Origin: Verrucomicrobiota bacterium | Lineage (GTDB): Bacteria > Verrucomicrobiota > Verrucomicrobiia > Opitutales > Seribacteraceae | Assembly (NCBI GenBank): GCA_027622665.1 | Contig: JAQBYT010000002.1 | Location: 324,266-388,265 of the forward strand | DNA length: 64,000 nt | Direction: 5' to 3' | Part shown: positions 31,397-42,573 of the stretch, one piece after another | How positions within the stretch are numbered: position 1 is the first letter of the stretch | How the letters are laid out: each line of letters opens with the position of its first letter | The notes under the pieces: model-generated | Databases searched by the model: none | What the model was told of the DNA's origin: nothing | The model's input: the letters and a program-made list of their open reading frames with translations, nothing else | Made by a program: the position numbers and the translations under genes

Positions 31397-33580
31397 ATGA
31401 GGTGCTTCGGTCTGCTTTTTTTCCTGTTCTCGGTCGCTTTGGCTAGTGGGAATGTGGTGTTTCACAAAGATATCTTGCCGGTATTGCAGGAATATTGCTT
31501 CGATTGCCACGGTGAGGATACGCAGAAGGGCGACTTGTCCCTTCACCTAACTGGTCCTGATTTTGCGGATAAGACGGCATTGGCCAACTGGGAACTGGTT
31601 CTCGAACAGTTGGAGATTGTCCAGATGCCGCCATCAAAGAAAAAGCAACCATCGGCTGCCGAGCGGGCTAAGATTATCGAGTGGATCAAGGAAGGTTTGA
31701 CCAAGGCCGGCAAGGGGTTTTCCGTTCAGGCGAGATTACTTCTTCCCGAGTATGGTAATCGGGTCAGTCACGAACTCTTGTTCGACGGATCGATAGACGA
31801 GGTTCCCTTTACTCCCGCTCGATTATGGCGGATGAGTCCTCATGTTTATCGAGGCAAACGTTATCAGTCGATCGTCAGCGGAGGAATCGAAGCGGAGCCT
31901 GTAAGCTACGTCTCCAAGTCCAGTGGCATTAGGGACTATGCGAATGAGGAGATAATGGACGAGTCCGGTTTCCTAGCCTTGAGGATGGCTTTTTCTGATA
32001 TTATCGCCAGCCAGATGCATGATCGAGAATTGCCGGGTTTGAGCTACGGTCCCAACAAAGACAAGCCGATCCGTATTGCGGGTAAGGAGAGTTTTAAGGC
32101 GATTTCGGAGTCGAATGAAGTGCCTAGTGATACCGTTATGGGAGCTATGATTCGTGAGGAATTTCAGCGAGCTTGCGGACGACCTATCACTGATGTGGAG
32201 TTTGCCCGATACCTCGCTTTTATGCAGTTCAACATACAGGAGGGTGGCAATGAGGCCGGCCTTAAGATCACCTTGCTTGGCATTTATCTTTCGAGTGAAG
32301 CAGTGTACAGATTGGAACTTGGACGTGGTGAGCCCGATGAGCATGGTCGCCGCATGCTATCCCCGCAGGAGATCGCTTTTGCCTTGGCCTATGCTTTGAC
32401 GGATAGTCCACCTGCGAAGAATCGTTTCATCAAAGAGGCCTTGGACGCCAATAAGCTACAATCAAAGGCGGATGTGGAAAGGGTTCTCCGCCGGATGATT
32501 GCGGATGGTTCTCCTCCCATCCGAAAAAACCTTCCGGCCAGTATGTTTCACGCCATGATTCAGTCGGCTGAGCGAGGTTACGGTTACTATCCTCGTGTGG
32601 TTAGGTTCTTCGAGGAGTTTTTCCAGTATCCCAAGGCGGCTGGAACTTTCAAGGATAGTCCCGGCGCCCCAGTAGGCTCTCGGGCTTTGGTGGGTGCGCC
32701 TCAGGGGCACATCGTGCGGATCGTCAACGAAGATCACCAAGTGTTCGAGGAACTCCTTACCTCTTCTCGCTTCAACATGAACAAGACCGAAATGATCGGC
32801 ATGCTAAACAGGCGTCATGCAGAGAAACTCAAGTCGTCTCCCAAGGCCCAACATGCCCAATTAGAGGAGAAACACCTAAAAATGCTGAAACGAGCGGAGA
32901 AGGACTTGAACGACGACACCTTCCGTTCCGGGATGCTTCATGATCAGAGCTGGTTGATTGCTCATTCCACGAACGATCAAAACGATCCTGTGCATAGGGG
33001 CATTTGGGTTAGAGAACGTTTACTTGCGGGCAACGTGCCTGCTCTTCCCATTGGTGTGGATGCGAATGTGCCCGAGGCTCACGACAAGACCTTGCGTCAG
33101 CGTTTTGAGGTGACCCAAAAGGCCGAGTGCTGGCGCTGTCACAAGACCTTTGAGCCTTTGGGTATGCCCTTTGAAAGCTTCACTGATCGCGGATGGGTGC
33201 GAACAGGCATGTTCTACAATACCAAGAAAAAGATTTTTGAAACTGAACTGAAGTCCGACCAAATAGAAGCGGGTCTGAACAAAGGTGAACTGGTCAAGTA
33301 TCCTTGGGATACCACTGGGGCAATTACGGGAACGGGCGAACCCGGAATCGACGGTCCCGTAAAGGATGCGTCCGATCTTGTTCATCGTTTGGCCAAATCG
33401 AATCGGGTCAGGCAATCGATCATACGTCATGCCTTTCGTTTCTGGATGGGACGCAATGAAACCTTGAGCGATTCTCAAACTCTTATCGCGGCGGACAAGG
33501 CTTACGTCGCTAGCGACGGAAAGTTTAGCGAAGTACTTGTTTCTTTGCTATCTTCCGATTCCTTCCTATACCGTAAGTGA
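31397..33580 (+). CDS. Planctomycete cytochrome c + DUF1592/DUF1588/DUF1585 protein
   Basis: YCFDCHG...MPP; DPVHRGIWVRERLL; TLRQR...CWRCH...PLG; LL.SDSFLYR. Confidence 0.85.
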   Translation: MRCFGLLFFLFSVALASGNVVFHKDILPVLQEYCFDCHGEDTQKGDLSLHLTGPDFADKTALANWELVLEQLEIVQMPPSKKKQPSAAERAKIIEWIKEGLTKAGKGFSVQARLLLPEYGNRVSHELLFDGSIDEVPFTPARLWRMSPHVYRGKRYQSIVSGGIEAEPVSYVSKSSGIRDYANEEIMDESGFLALRMAFSDIIASQMHDRELPGLSYGPNKDKPIRIAGKESFKAISESNEVPSDTVMGAMIREEFQRACGRPITDVEFARYLAFMQFNIQEGGNEAGLKITLLGIYLSSEAVYRLELGRGEPDEHGRRMLSPQEIAFALAYALTDSPPAKNRFIKEALDANKLQSKADVERVLRRMIADGSPPIRKNLPASMFHAMIQSAERGYGYYPRVVRFFEEFFQYPKAAGTFKDSPGAPVGSRALVGAPQGHIVRIVNEDHQVFEELLTSSRFNMNKTEMIGMLNRRHAEKLKSSPKAQHAQLEEKHLKMLKRAEKDLNDDTFRSGMLHDQSWLIAHSTNDQNDPVHRGIWVRERLLAGNVPALPIGVDANVPEAHDKTLRQRFEVTQKAECWRCHKTFEPLGMPFESFTDRGWVRTGMFYNTKKKIFETELKSDQIEAGLNKGELVKYPWDTTGAITGTGEPGIDGPVKDASDLVHRLAKSNRVRQSIIRHAFRFWMGRNETLSDSQTLIAADKAYVASDGKFSEVLVSLLSSDSFLYRK

Positions 33581-33589
33581 TATTTTGAT

Positions 33590-34981
33590 ATGCATTTGAC
33601 CCGAAGAGAATTCGCAAAAGGACTTGGCCTCGGAGCCGGGAGTTACGCCTTGTCTCCATTGATTCATCAAATGGAAGCCCATGCCGCTGGCAGAGCTGAA
33701 GGGTTTCCCAGACGTTTTGTCTTTGTAGTGAAGTCCAGCGGACTTACTCCCGAGGGGATTAGACCGGAGGGCATTGACGTCGGTGACGATAGTCGACTGC
33801 TCGACTTGAACCTGAAGGATTACAAGTTACCCCACACCATGCGCTCGCTCGATCCCTTCAAGGAGGATATGATGATCTTGGAAGGATTGTCTGGGTGCAA
33901 CTTCCAAGGTAATCATTCCTCTTATTACGGGGCGCTCAGTTGTCATCATTCCCCGGAAAAGCCCGCCGCAGCAACTCTCGACTGCATGCTCGGAGAACTG
34001 AATCCTGCCCCTTTTAAGAATTACGGTTTTTCTCCCAACGGTCACAGTATCGGTAATAATTACGGACCCACGGTTCAGGATACCGCTGTGTTTCCTCGGA
34101 TTTCGGCATACGGACAAAACAAACCCATGCCTTATCAAGCGAGTGCCGAAAAGGCGTACAGGCAATTGTTCGGAAGCGCTCTCGACTTGAAGACCGGAGG
34201 CAAGAAGGAATTTTCCCTGGATGCAAACCTGCTCGACTTCCTTAAAGATGACGCCAACCGCCTCGCCAAGCGCATCAGTCAAGAAGAGCGAGAAAAGCTT
34301 GATCATTACTTGGCAGCCTTTGATTCCGTCCGAGCTCGTAATGATAAACTGGTCGGAATGAAGGAAGCCATACGCAAGAATGCTCCTGAGTTTTCCAACC
34401 AGTATACTTCTACTGTTTTCACGGATCGGGTATCCGTATTTTTTGATTTGGCGTCCGCGGCTCTGATCACGGGTCTGACCAATACGATATCCATCCGCGC
34501 CGACTGGCTTAGCGTCAAGTACGCAACCTTTGGTTTCAAAAGAACCAGCGTACATGATATCGGCCACCAGAAGGTTACCGACAACGGCTTGAAGCGAGCG
34601 GAGGCTCGAGACGTTATCCGCAAGTTTCAGGTAGAGCAGGTGGCAAAGCTTGCCAAACGGCTAAAGTCCGTTCCCGAGGGAGACGGAACAATGCTCGATA
34701 ATACGATGATCATTTATTTTTCGGATACGGGGGAAGCCCATCACTCTCAGCGACGTGAATGGCCTTTCGTAGTAGTTGGTGGACGCGGGCATAAAATGAA
34801 GATGGCCGGTCGCTACCTTCGGTATCCCAAGTACACCAACGAAGGGCACAAGACTATCGGCAATTGGTACAACACTATTCTTCAGGCCAATGGTGGACCG
34901 GTTGAGGACTATTTTGGTCAAGTGGATGCCAAGCTGAAGGATCTCGATCTAAGAGGCCCACTCCCCGAGTTGGCGGTTTAA
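33590..34981 (+). CDS. DUF1552 domain protein
   Basis: TRREF Tat-like signal; PRRFVFV; EGDGTMLDNT; adjacent to the DUF1592-type gene. Confidence 0.85.
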   Translation: MHLTRREFAKGLGLGAGSYALSPLIHQMEAHAAGRAEGFPRRFVFVVKSSGLTPEGIRPEGIDVGDDSRLLDLNLKDYKLPHTMRSLDPFKEDMMILEGLSGCNFQGNHSSYYGALSCHHSPEKPAAATLDCMLGELNPAPFKNYGFSPNGHSIGNNYGPTVQDTAVFPRISAYGQNKPMPYQASAEKAYRQLFGSALDLKTGGKKEFSLDANLLDFLKDDANRLAKRISQEEREKLDHYLAAFDSVRARNDKLVGMKEAIRKNAPEFSNQYTSTVFTDRVSVFFDLASAALITGLTNTISIRADWLSVKYATFGFKRTSVHDIGHQKVTDNGLKRAEARDVIRKFQVEQVAKLAKRLKSVPEGDGTMLDNTMIIYFSDTGEAHHSQRREWPFVVVGGRGHKMKMAGRYLRYPKYTNEGHKTIGNWYNTILQANGGPVEDYFGQVDAKLKDLDLRGPLPELAV

Positions 34982-35064
34982 TTCGTCCATTCGCATATCC
35001 GAAATCCTTTCCCGCATCATCTTCGTCGTGTTTTCTTTCGTTCAGTGGTAACGGTCCAAGCCAC

Positions 35065-36414
35065 GTGAAAGGGTTCCCTTTGTTCGTTCTGCCGTGCCTT
35101 CTGCCGTGCGTTCTTCTGTGTGCCGCGATGTCTTTGGTCGCGGAGACGGAAGCCCGGGAAGCGGGAGAGGTGATTGTTCGCCCGAAGTCAGCCCCCGGTC
35201 CCTTGGACAACCCGCTGAAGGGATATTGCGTCTACACCGATGCGGGCAAGATACGTCGGCCATATTCCATGGTGTTCCTCTACCTGCCATGGAAGAAACT
35301 GGAGCCGACGGAGGGCCGTTATGCTTTCGAGGAATGGGAGAGGGAGGCGTGGGGACACAAGGCGGCGACCGGCAAGCACGTTGTGCTGCGAGTCTATGCG
35401 GACTACCCTAAGAAAACCTCGGCCATGCCCGAATGGTTACTGAAAAAGGGCGTGAGTCTCAAGGCATACAAGTCGCATGGCGATGGTCTCAGTCCCGATT
35501 ATGATCATCCCGCCATGGTGACCGCCCTCGAGCGGTTGATCGTCGCCATGGGGAAGCGTTACGACGACCATCCGCGGGTGGCTTTCATACAGCTCGGGTT
35601 GCTTGGTTTCTGGGGGGAGTGGCACACCTATCCACGAGACGAACTGTTTGCCTCGGAGAAGACCCGGCGACGAGTCCTTGAGGCTTATCGCAAGGCTTTT
35701 CCCAACAAGCAATTGATGGCCCGTTATGCCGACGGGTTGCCCGGCGAATACCCCGCCATGGGATTTCACGACGACATGTTTCCGGAGGACACGGACAACG
35801 GTAAGGACTGGTCTTTTCTCGAGCGTTTGCGCCGGGCCAAGCGGATCGACTCTTGGAAGCGGACGATCATCGGTGGCGAGATGACGCCACTTCAAGCGAG
35901 AAAATGGCTGGGCAAAAAATGGGATTTCACTCTGGATATGGCCAAGCGTTCCCATTTCACTTGGGTGGGTCCCTATGGCCCGGCTCTCGAGGGCAGAGGT
36001 TCCAAGGAGTTTGTTGAACGCAGCGACGCGCTGGTTCGCCTGTTGGGCTACCAGTATCGGCTGACGGAGGTTCGGCATCCGGGCAAGGTTGAGCGGGGGA
36101 TGCCATGCAAGACGTCTATTCGCGGCGTGAACGAAGGCGTGGCTCCGTTTTATTATCCTTGGCGAGTGAAGTTGGCGTGGCTAGATGCCGACGGGCGGGT
36201 CGTTTCGTCGACCACGCTGCAGGACGACCTGCGCGAGTGGTTGCCGGGCGAGTTTGTCATCGAGGCGGAACCGGTGGCTCCCTCGAAGTCGGGAGCCTTT
36301 CGCTTGGCTCTGGGCATTGAGGATCCCTGGACCCGGAAACCTGCAATCCGCTTCGCCAACGACATTTCGGTTTCGAATGGATGGACCATTCTCAGTGAAC
36401 TGAAGGTCGAATGA
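35065..36414 (+). CDS. DUF4832 / glycoside hydrolase-like protein
   Basis: DNPLKG, W..LEP.EG, G.WGEWH, GFHDD, LGY, N.GVAPFYYPW. Confidence 0.7.
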   Translation: MKGFPLFVLPCLLPCVLLCAAMSLVAETEAREAGEVIVRPKSAPGPLDNPLKGYCVYTDAGKIRRPYSMVFLYLPWKKLEPTEGRYAFEEWEREAWGHKAATGKHVVLRVYADYPKKTSAMPEWLLKKGVSLKAYKSHGDGLSPDYDHPAMVTALERLIVAMGKRYDDHPRVAFIQLGLLGFWGEWHTYPRDELFASEKTRRRVLEAYRKAFPNKQLMARYADGLPGEYPAMGFHDDMFPEDTDNGKDWSFLERLRRAKRIDSWKRTIIGGEMTPLQARKWLGKKWDFTLDMAKRSHFTWVGPYGPALEGRGSKEFVERSDALVRLLGYQYRLTEVRHPGKVERGMPCKTSIRGVNEGVAPFYYPWRVKLAWLDADGRVVSSTTLQDDLREWLPGEFVIEAEPVAPSKSGAFRLALGIEDPWTRKPAIRFANDISVSNGWTILSELKVE

Positions 36415-36436
36415 TTTGCGGAGTTGTTTCCGCAAA
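36415..36436 (+). terminator. Hairpin immediately after the stop codon
   Basis: TTTGCGGA-gttgtt-TCCGCAAA; no clear U tract. Confidence 0.35.
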
Positions 36437-36481
36437 TGGGTGGTTGCCTTCGGATAGGAGTCCGTTTTCATTTCGCTTTCT

Positions 36482-38011
36482 ATGAATCCATTCCGTTTGA
36501 TTTCCCACTTGGTGTTGTTGGTCGCAACCTTGGCCTTCGGCAAGGAGACGCGTCCAAACGTCGTCTTTCTATTTACCGACGACCAGTCGAGCTACTCGCT
36601 TGGATGCTACGGAAACAAGGACGTCAAGACGCCGCACATCGACAGCTTGTCTGAGGCGGGCATGACGTTCGACCACCACTACGACACCACGGCGATCTGT
36701 ATGGCGAGTCGGGTCAACGTCATGACCGGGCTCTACGAGTACCGTCACGGTTGCAACTTCGACCACGGTCCGCTTACGGAGAAACTCTGGCAAACCTCTT
36801 ATCCGATGCGGTTGCGGAAGTCCGGGTACTTGACTGCATTTGCGGGCAAGTTCGGGTTCGAGGTGCGGAAAGGAACGGAGAATGGTCCGAAGTATCTGCC
36901 CGAGGATGATTTCGACAAGTGGGGCGGTGGACCCGGGCAGACGAATTACGCCACCGCTAGAAACCCGAGCATGAAGGCATATGCCCAGGAGTATCCTCAT
37001 TCCTCCCGATCCTACGGGGCGTTCGGGAGCGACTTCGTTCGAGAGTCGGCCAAGTCTGAAAAACCATTCTGTCTGTCCATCAGTTTTAAGGCGCCGCACA
37101 AGCCGGACCAACCGGATCCGCTTTTCGACAAGGTGTACGCGGGCAAGAAATTCACCAAGCCTGCCAACTACGGTCGGGAGTACGGGAAGCACTTTTCGTT
37201 GCAGAGCAAACAGGGTCGCCAGTACGAGCGCTTCGTGAGCTGGGGGTACCGCGATCGTTACGACGAGGTAATGGCTATCTACCACCAGATGGTGCACGGG
37301 GTGGACGCGGCCGTGGGGATGGTCCGGGCGGCTGTCAAGGAAGCCGGAGTGGCCGAAAATACGGTTTTCATATTTACCTCCGACAATGGATTTTTCTGCG
37401 GTTCTCATGGCTACGGATCGAAGGTCTTGCCTTACGAGGAATCGACCAATGTCCCGCTCATCATTTTCGACCCGAGGCACGCCAGCAGTGGAAAGAAGCT
37501 GCGTTCCTCCGCCCTCACCGCAAATATCGACATGGCTCCCACCATCTTGGAGCTGGCGGGGCTCGAAGTGCCCGCCGAGATGGACGGGGTGAGCTTGCTT
37601 CCCTTGCTCGACGACCCCACGGCTGCGGTTCGCGAGACGGCTGCCCTGATCAACGTATGGGGTCCACAGTCAGCCCAATCCTACGGCGTGGTGACCCGCG
37701 ACTACAAATACCTCTACTGGCCTTACGAGGCAGGTGAGCTAGAACCTACCGAGGAGTTGTATCACTTGGCCAAGGATCCGCACGAGTTAACCAACTTGGC
37801 CCCGCTCAAGGGAAAGGAATTGAAACAGATGCGCGCAGTTTACGATGATGCGGTGGAGTCGTGGAAGCGCGACTCGGTGGACTACAACGGTTACGAGCAA
37901 TACGGTGATATCTTCGATCGCTCGATTCCCTGGAGGACGGGTCGGGTAAAATCCGGGGATAACGGCAAGAGGGAGAAGCGGAAGGATCGCAAAAAGCCTA
38001 GGAAGAAATAA
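36482..38011 (+). CDS. Sulfatase (formylglycine-dependent)
   Basis: TDDQ, CMASR, GKFG, FKAPH, SDNG. Confidence 0.92.
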   Translation: MNPFRLISHLVLLVATLAFGKETRPNVVFLFTDDQSSYSLGCYGNKDVKTPHIDSLSEAGMTFDHHYDTTAICMASRVNVMTGLYEYRHGCNFDHGPLTEKLWQTSYPMRLRKSGYLTAFAGKFGFEVRKGTENGPKYLPEDDFDKWGGGPGQTNYATARNPSMKAYAQEYPHSSRSYGAFGSDFVRESAKSEKPFCLSISFKAPHKPDQPDPLFDKVYAGKKFTKPANYGREYGKHFSLQSKQGRQYERFVSWGYRDRYDEVMAIYHQMVHGVDAAVGMVRAAVKEAGVAENTVFIFTSDNGFFCGSHGYGSKVLPYEESTNVPLIIFDPRHASSGKKLRSSALTANIDMAPTILELAGLEVPAEMDGVSLLPLLDDPTAAVRETAALINVWGPQSAQSYGVVTRDYKYLYWPYEAGELEPTEELYHLAKDPHELTNLAPLKGKELKQMRAVYDDAVESWKRDSVDYNGYEQYGDIFDRSIPWRTGRVKSGDNGKREKRKDRKKPRKK

Positions 38012-38123
38012 ACCTCTCTCACGAAATGCTCCCTGACCTTTTTTCTTTGTCTGATTCCGTTCGATTCTTTCAGAATTGTTTTTCTGCCCGTTACTTTTGC
38101 TTAACTTAATACTATTCCAATAC

Positions 38124-39914
38124 ATGAAGAAACTCATATCTATGCTCTTTGCCCTTTTGGCGGTTTCGATTTCCGCCAAGCAGCCCAATATCGTGCTGGT
38201 CATTACCGACGACCAAGGCTACGGCGACCTCGGTTGCACGGGCAACCCCGTGATCAAGACGCCCCACACCGATAAGTTGGCCAACGAGTCGGTTTGGCTG
38301 AGCGACTATCACGTCGCGCCGACTTGTTCGCCTAGCCGGGCGGCCCTGATTTCGGGTCACTGGACCAACCGTACGGGCGTATGGCACACCATCATGGGGC
38401 GCTCCATGTTGCGAGCCAACGAGGTGACCATCGGGCAGATGCTGAAGGACAACGGTTACGAGACCGGCATGTTCGGCAAGTGGCATATGGGAGACAACTA
38501 CCCCTATCGCCCGGAGGATCGTGGCTTCAAGGAAGTTTACCGGCATGGCGGCGGCGGGGTTGGACAAACTCCCGACGTCTGGGATAACTCTTATTTCGAC
38601 GGAGGTTACTTTCACAACCAAAAGATCGTTAAGGCGAAGGGCTTTTGCACCGATGTGTTTTTCGATCAGGCAAACAAGTTCATTAGCAAGAACGCCAAGG
38701 CGAAGAAACCGTTCTTCGCCTACATCTGCACGAATGCTCCCCACGGGCCGTTGCATTGTCCGCAAAAGTACATCGACATGTACAAGGGGCAGTCGGGCAG
38801 AATCGCCTCTTTTTTTGGTATGATCACCAACATCGACGACAACGTTGGCAAGACCCGCGCTTTACTCGAGAAACTAGGTGTGCACGAAGATACCATCTTC
38901 ATCTTTACCACGGACAATGGTACCGCGAGCGGCAGGGAAATCTTTAATGCGGGCATGCGCGGTCAGAAGGGCAGCGAGTACGACGGTGGTCATCGGGTGC
39001 CTTTCTTTCTTCATTGGCCGAAGGGCGGGATGAACAAGAAGCACATCGTGGACGCCCTCTGTCACGCCGTCGACGTTGCGCCTACGCTGCTCGACTTGGT
39101 CGGCGCCGACAAACCCGCCAAGGTCAAATTCGACGGCACTTCCTTGAAGGTACTGCTAAAGCCCGGTTCGAAGCCCCAGTGGGCGGATCGTTTCCTAATC
39201 ACGGACTCCCAGCGTGTCCGCGACCCCATCATGTGGCGAAAGTCGGCGGTGATGTCGGAAAAGTGGCGCTTGGTGAACGGGACCGAGCTCTACGACATTG
39301 ACGAGGATCCGAGCCAAAAGAGCAACGTTGCCAAGTCCCATCCCGATCAGGTTTCCAAGATGCGTGCCTTCTACGAGGAGTGGTGGGCCGAACTGGAACC
39401 GACCTTCGCCGAAACCACTGAGATTTATTTCGGGCATCCCGCCGCCACCGTCATCACCATGACTAGCCACGATTGGATACAGGAAGTCGGCACGCCCTGG
39501 AATCAGGGGCACATCCGCCGTGGGTCCGGCACCAACAGCAAGAAGGGGAATCCCAAAAACATGCTTCACAAGGGGCATTGGCCGATCAAGGTTTTGAATG
39601 CAGGCACTTACGAGATAGCGCTTCTTCGTTGGCCGCCAGAGGCGAACAAGCCGATCAACGCCGCCTTGCCGGCCGGACCAAACGTTCCCGGCGCCAGTCG
39701 CGCTTTCCGGGCAAACCCCGGCAATTCAATTCAGGCCAGCAAGGCTAGCTTGCGGATCGACGGCAAGGTACTGGAGACCAAGCCTGTCGGCGCCAAGGAC
39801 GTGAAGGTCACCTTCGAAACCAAGCTGACCAAGGGGATTCACGAGCTTTCGCCTTATTTCCATATCCCAGCGGGACAGCTCGGCGCCTACTACGTCGTGG
39901 CGACCCAGAAATGA
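38124..39914 (+). CDS. Arylsulfatase-family sulfatase
   Basis: [26 protein letters not shown]. Confidence 0.92.
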   Translation: MKKLISMLFALLAVSISAKQPNIVLVITDDQGYGDLGCTGNPVIKTPHTDKLANESVWLSDYHVAPTCSPSRAALISGHWTNRTGVWHTIMGRSMLRANEVTIGQMLKDNGYETGMFGKWHMGDNYPYRPEDRGFKEVYRHGGGGVGQTPDVWDNSYFDGGYFHNQKIVKAKGFCTDVFFDQANKFISKNAKAKKPFFAYICTNAPHGPLHCPQKYIDMYKGQSGRIASFFGMITNIDDNVGKTRALLEKLGVHEDTIFIFTTDNGTASGREIFNAGMRGQKGSEYDGGHRVPFFLHWPKGGMNKKHIVDALCHAVDVAPTLLDLVGADKPAKVKFDGTSLKVLLKPGSKPQWADRFLITDSQRVRDPIMWRKSAVMSEKWRLVNGTELYDIDEDPSQKSNVAKSHPDQVSKMRAFYEEWWAELEPTFAETTEIYFGHPAATVITMTSHDWIQEVGTPWNQGHIRRGSGTNSKKGNPKNMLHKGHWPIKVLNAGTYEIALLRWPPEANKPINAALPAGPNVPGASRAFRANPGNSIQASKASLRIDGKVLETKPVGAKDVKVTFETKLTKGIHELSPYFHIPAGQLGAYYVVATQK

Positions 39915-41620
39915 CCGTGATAAAAGTTCTGCCTTTTCTTGCATCGGCCGTATTCGTAATGGCTGCCGACTATCGTCCGGGTCCCGAGGCTCAACGCGGC
40001 GACGGCGTCCCGCAAGGCAAGGTGACGGAACACTCTTGGAACGAGTGCAAGGCTTTTCCAGGCACCATCCGTAGTTACTGGGTCTACGTTCCGGCCCAAT
40101 ACGATGGCCGGAAACCGGCTAACCTGATGGTGTTTCAGGACGGCGGCGGCTTCGTTCGCGACAAGGGACATACGCGGGTTCCCATCGTATTCGACAACTT
40201 GATCCATAAGGGTGACATGCCGGTCACGGTGGGCCTTTTCGTGAACCCGGGCAGCATACCCGGTAGCGAACCCGGTAGCCAGTCCCGGCGGAATCGCGCG
40301 TACGAATACGACACCGTTAGCGCCGACTACGCCAATTTCATTATCGACGAGCTGCTCCCCACGGTGGTCAAGGAGCACAAGTTGAAGCTGACCGAGGATT
40401 CCGCCGGACGAGTGATCTGCGGCAATAGCTCGGGAGGTATCGCGGCCTTTACTGCGGCTTGGTATCGGTCCGAATTCTTCGGTTGTGTGGTGAGCCATAT
40501 CGGTAGCTTCACCAATATTCGTGGCGGTTACGTCTACCCGGCCTTGATCCGCAAGTCGGAGAATAAGAACATTCGCGTGTTTCTACAGGAAGGTCGCCGC
40601 GACCTCGATAATTTGCACGGTTCCTGGCCCCTCTCCAACAAGGAGGTTGCCAGCGCATTGGCCTACAAGGGGTACGACTACAGGATCGTTTGGGGTGAGG
40701 ATGGTCACGGAGGGCGCCACGGTGGTGCTATCTTCCCGGATACGGTTCGCTGGATCTTTCGACCGAAGGCGGAGGTGGTTCCCAAAAAGACGCCCCAGCC
40801 AAAGATTCCGGATTACAAGTTGACGGCGGATTCTATGCCCAATCCGAGGCACCCCAGAGGCAAGGTCACCAAGCATATTCACCAGAGCAAGATCTTCGCA
40901 GGAACGAAACGCGAGTACTTCGTCTACGTCCCGGCTCAGTACGATGCTGCCAAGCCGGCTTGCGTGATGGTGTTTCAGGATGGCCATGCCTACCTCAAGG
41001 AAGACGGCGAAGTCCGGGCCTCGGTTGTGTTCGACAACTTGATCGCGAAAGGGGAGATGCCCGTCACCATAGGTATTTTCATAAACCCCGGTCACCGAGG
41101 GAAGGAGTTTCCCGAGAGTCGCTGGAAAGCGAACAACCGCAGTTACGAGTACGATTCCTTGAGCGACGAATACGCCCGCTTCCTGTTAGAGGAGATTTTG
41201 CCCGAGGTGGAACAAGATTATAACCTGTCTAAGAAGGCGTCCGACAGGGCGATATGCGGGGCCAGTTCCGGTGGTATTTGCGCTTTCACCGTGGCGTGGG
41301 AGCGGCCCCATGAATTTTCCAAGGTGTACAGCATGATCGGAAGCTTCACCAACATTCGAGGTGGTCACGTCTACCCTAGTTGGATTCGTAAGACGTCGCC
41401 CAAACCGGTCAAGGTGTTCCTTGAGGACGGGCGCAACGACCTCGACAACGATCATGGCAACTGGCCTCTCGCCAACGAGCAGATGGCGTCGGCTTTTGCC
41501 TTCGCCAGTTGGGACTTCAAGTTCGTCTACGGCGAGGGGAAGCATAACCTGAAGCACGGTGGCGTCCTTTTACCTGAGGCCCTCCGCTGGCTGTGGGCTG
41601 ATCACCTCAAAAAGAAGTAA
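39911..41620 (+). CDS. Tandem enterochelin-esterase-like alpha/beta hydrolase (two domains)
   Basis: Duplicated YVPAQYD..MVFQDG; nucleophile motifs GNSSGG and [15 protein letters not shown] twice. Confidence 0.85.
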   Translation: MTVIKVLPFLASAVFVMAADYRPGPEAQRGDGVPQGKVTEHSWNECKAFPGTIRSYWVYVPAQYDGRKPANLMVFQDGGGFVRDKGHTRVPIVFDNLIHKGDMPVTVGLFVNPGSIPGSEPGSQSRRNRAYEYDTVSADYANFIIDELLPTVVKEHKLKLTEDSAGRVICGNSSGGIAAFTAAWYRSEFFGCVVSHIGSFTNIRGGYVYPALIRKSENKNIRVFLQEGRRDLDNLHGSWPLSNKEVASALAYKGYDYRIVWGEDGHGGRHGGAIFPDTVRWIFRPKAEVVPKKTPQPKIPDYKLTADSMPNPRHPRGKVTKHIHQSKIFAGTKREYFVYVPAQYDAAKPACVMVFQDGHAYLKEDGEVRASVVFDNLIAKGEMPVTIGIFINPGHRGKEFPESRWKANNRSYEYDSLSDEYARFLLEEILPEVEQDYNLSKKASDRAICGASSGGICAFTVAWERPHEFSKVYSMIGSFTNIRGGHVYPSWIRKTSPKPVKVFLEDGRNDLDNDHGNWPLANEQMASAFAFASWDFKFVYGEGKHNLKHGGVLLPEALRWLWADHLKKK

Positions 41621-41624
41621 CCCC

Positions 41625-42566
41625 ATGAAACGATTCTTTCTTATTGGATGTATGGTGCTGTGCAGTTCGCTCATGGCTCAGGACATGCCTTTGTCACAGA
41701 TCCTGATACCCGGAGAACGGTGGGAACTAGTCGAGTGCATGTTCGGGTTCACCGATGCCCCCACGGCTGACGACCAAGGTAACTTCTACGTTTCCGACAT
41801 GAAGGAAGGGCTCTACCGCATAAACTCCAAGGGTGAAATGGCACCTTTCTTGAAGCCTATCCCCGGAATCAGCGGGATGAAGTTTGGCCTCAAGGGGAAA
41901 AAGCTCTACGCTTGCCGGGCCAAGACGAGGGAACTGGTGGAGATCGATTTACAGGCAAGCGCGATAAAGGTGTTGGCCAAGGAGGTCCGACCGAACGACC
42001 TTGTCGTAACTCACAAGGGCTTCCTGTACTTTACCGAGACCCCTAAGAAGCAGGTCACTTTCTACAACTTGAACACAGGCGAGATGAAGGCTGCCGACGT
42101 TGGCATCACCGCTCCTAACGGCATTTGCCTATCCCCCGACCAAGGCACCTTGGTCGTGTCGGATTTCAAGGGTCCACACTGCTGGGCGTTCCGAGTTGAG
42201 CCTGATGGTTCGCTGAAGCACAAGCAGCCCTATATGACGATGCGCAGCAAGGGTGTTCCGACCGCCGAACGGGAGCTCCTGCCCACCTTCCGTTCCTCTT
42301 GTCGCGGCGACGGTATGATCACCGATGCCTTCGGTCGCTACTATGTGGCGACCGAGCTGGGGGTGCAGTACTTCGATCCGACGGGTCGCATCAGCGGGGT
42401 GATCCCCGGTCCCCTAGGTATTCGCGGAATGACCAGCGTGACTTTCGCCGGTCCGGACTTGGAGTACTTGTATGCGACATGCTTTACCCATCTCTATCGC
42501 TTGAAGACAAAAACGCGTGGCGTCTTGTACCAAAACGGCCCGCAAGCCTATCCACCGAAAAAATAA
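41625..42566 (+). CDS. SMP-30/gluconolactonase family protein
   Basis: PNDL, PNGICLSPD, DGM..D..GRYYVA. Confidence 0.85.
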   Translation: MKRFFLIGCMVLCSSLMAQDMPLSQILIPGERWELVECMFGFTDAPTADDQGNFYVSDMKEGLYRINSKGEMAPFLKPIPGISGMKFGLKGKKLYACRAKTRELVEIDLQASAIKVLAKEVRPNDLVVTHKGFLYFTETPKKQVTFYNLNTGEMKAADVGITAPNGICLSPDQGTLVVSDFKGPHCWAFRVEPDGSLKHKQPYMTMRSKGVPTAERELLPTFRSSCRGDGMITDAFGRYYVATELGVQYFDPTGRISGVIPGPLGIRGMTSVTFAGPDLEYLYATCFTHLYRLKTKTRGVLYQNGPQAYPPKK

Positions 42567-42573
42567 GCATATC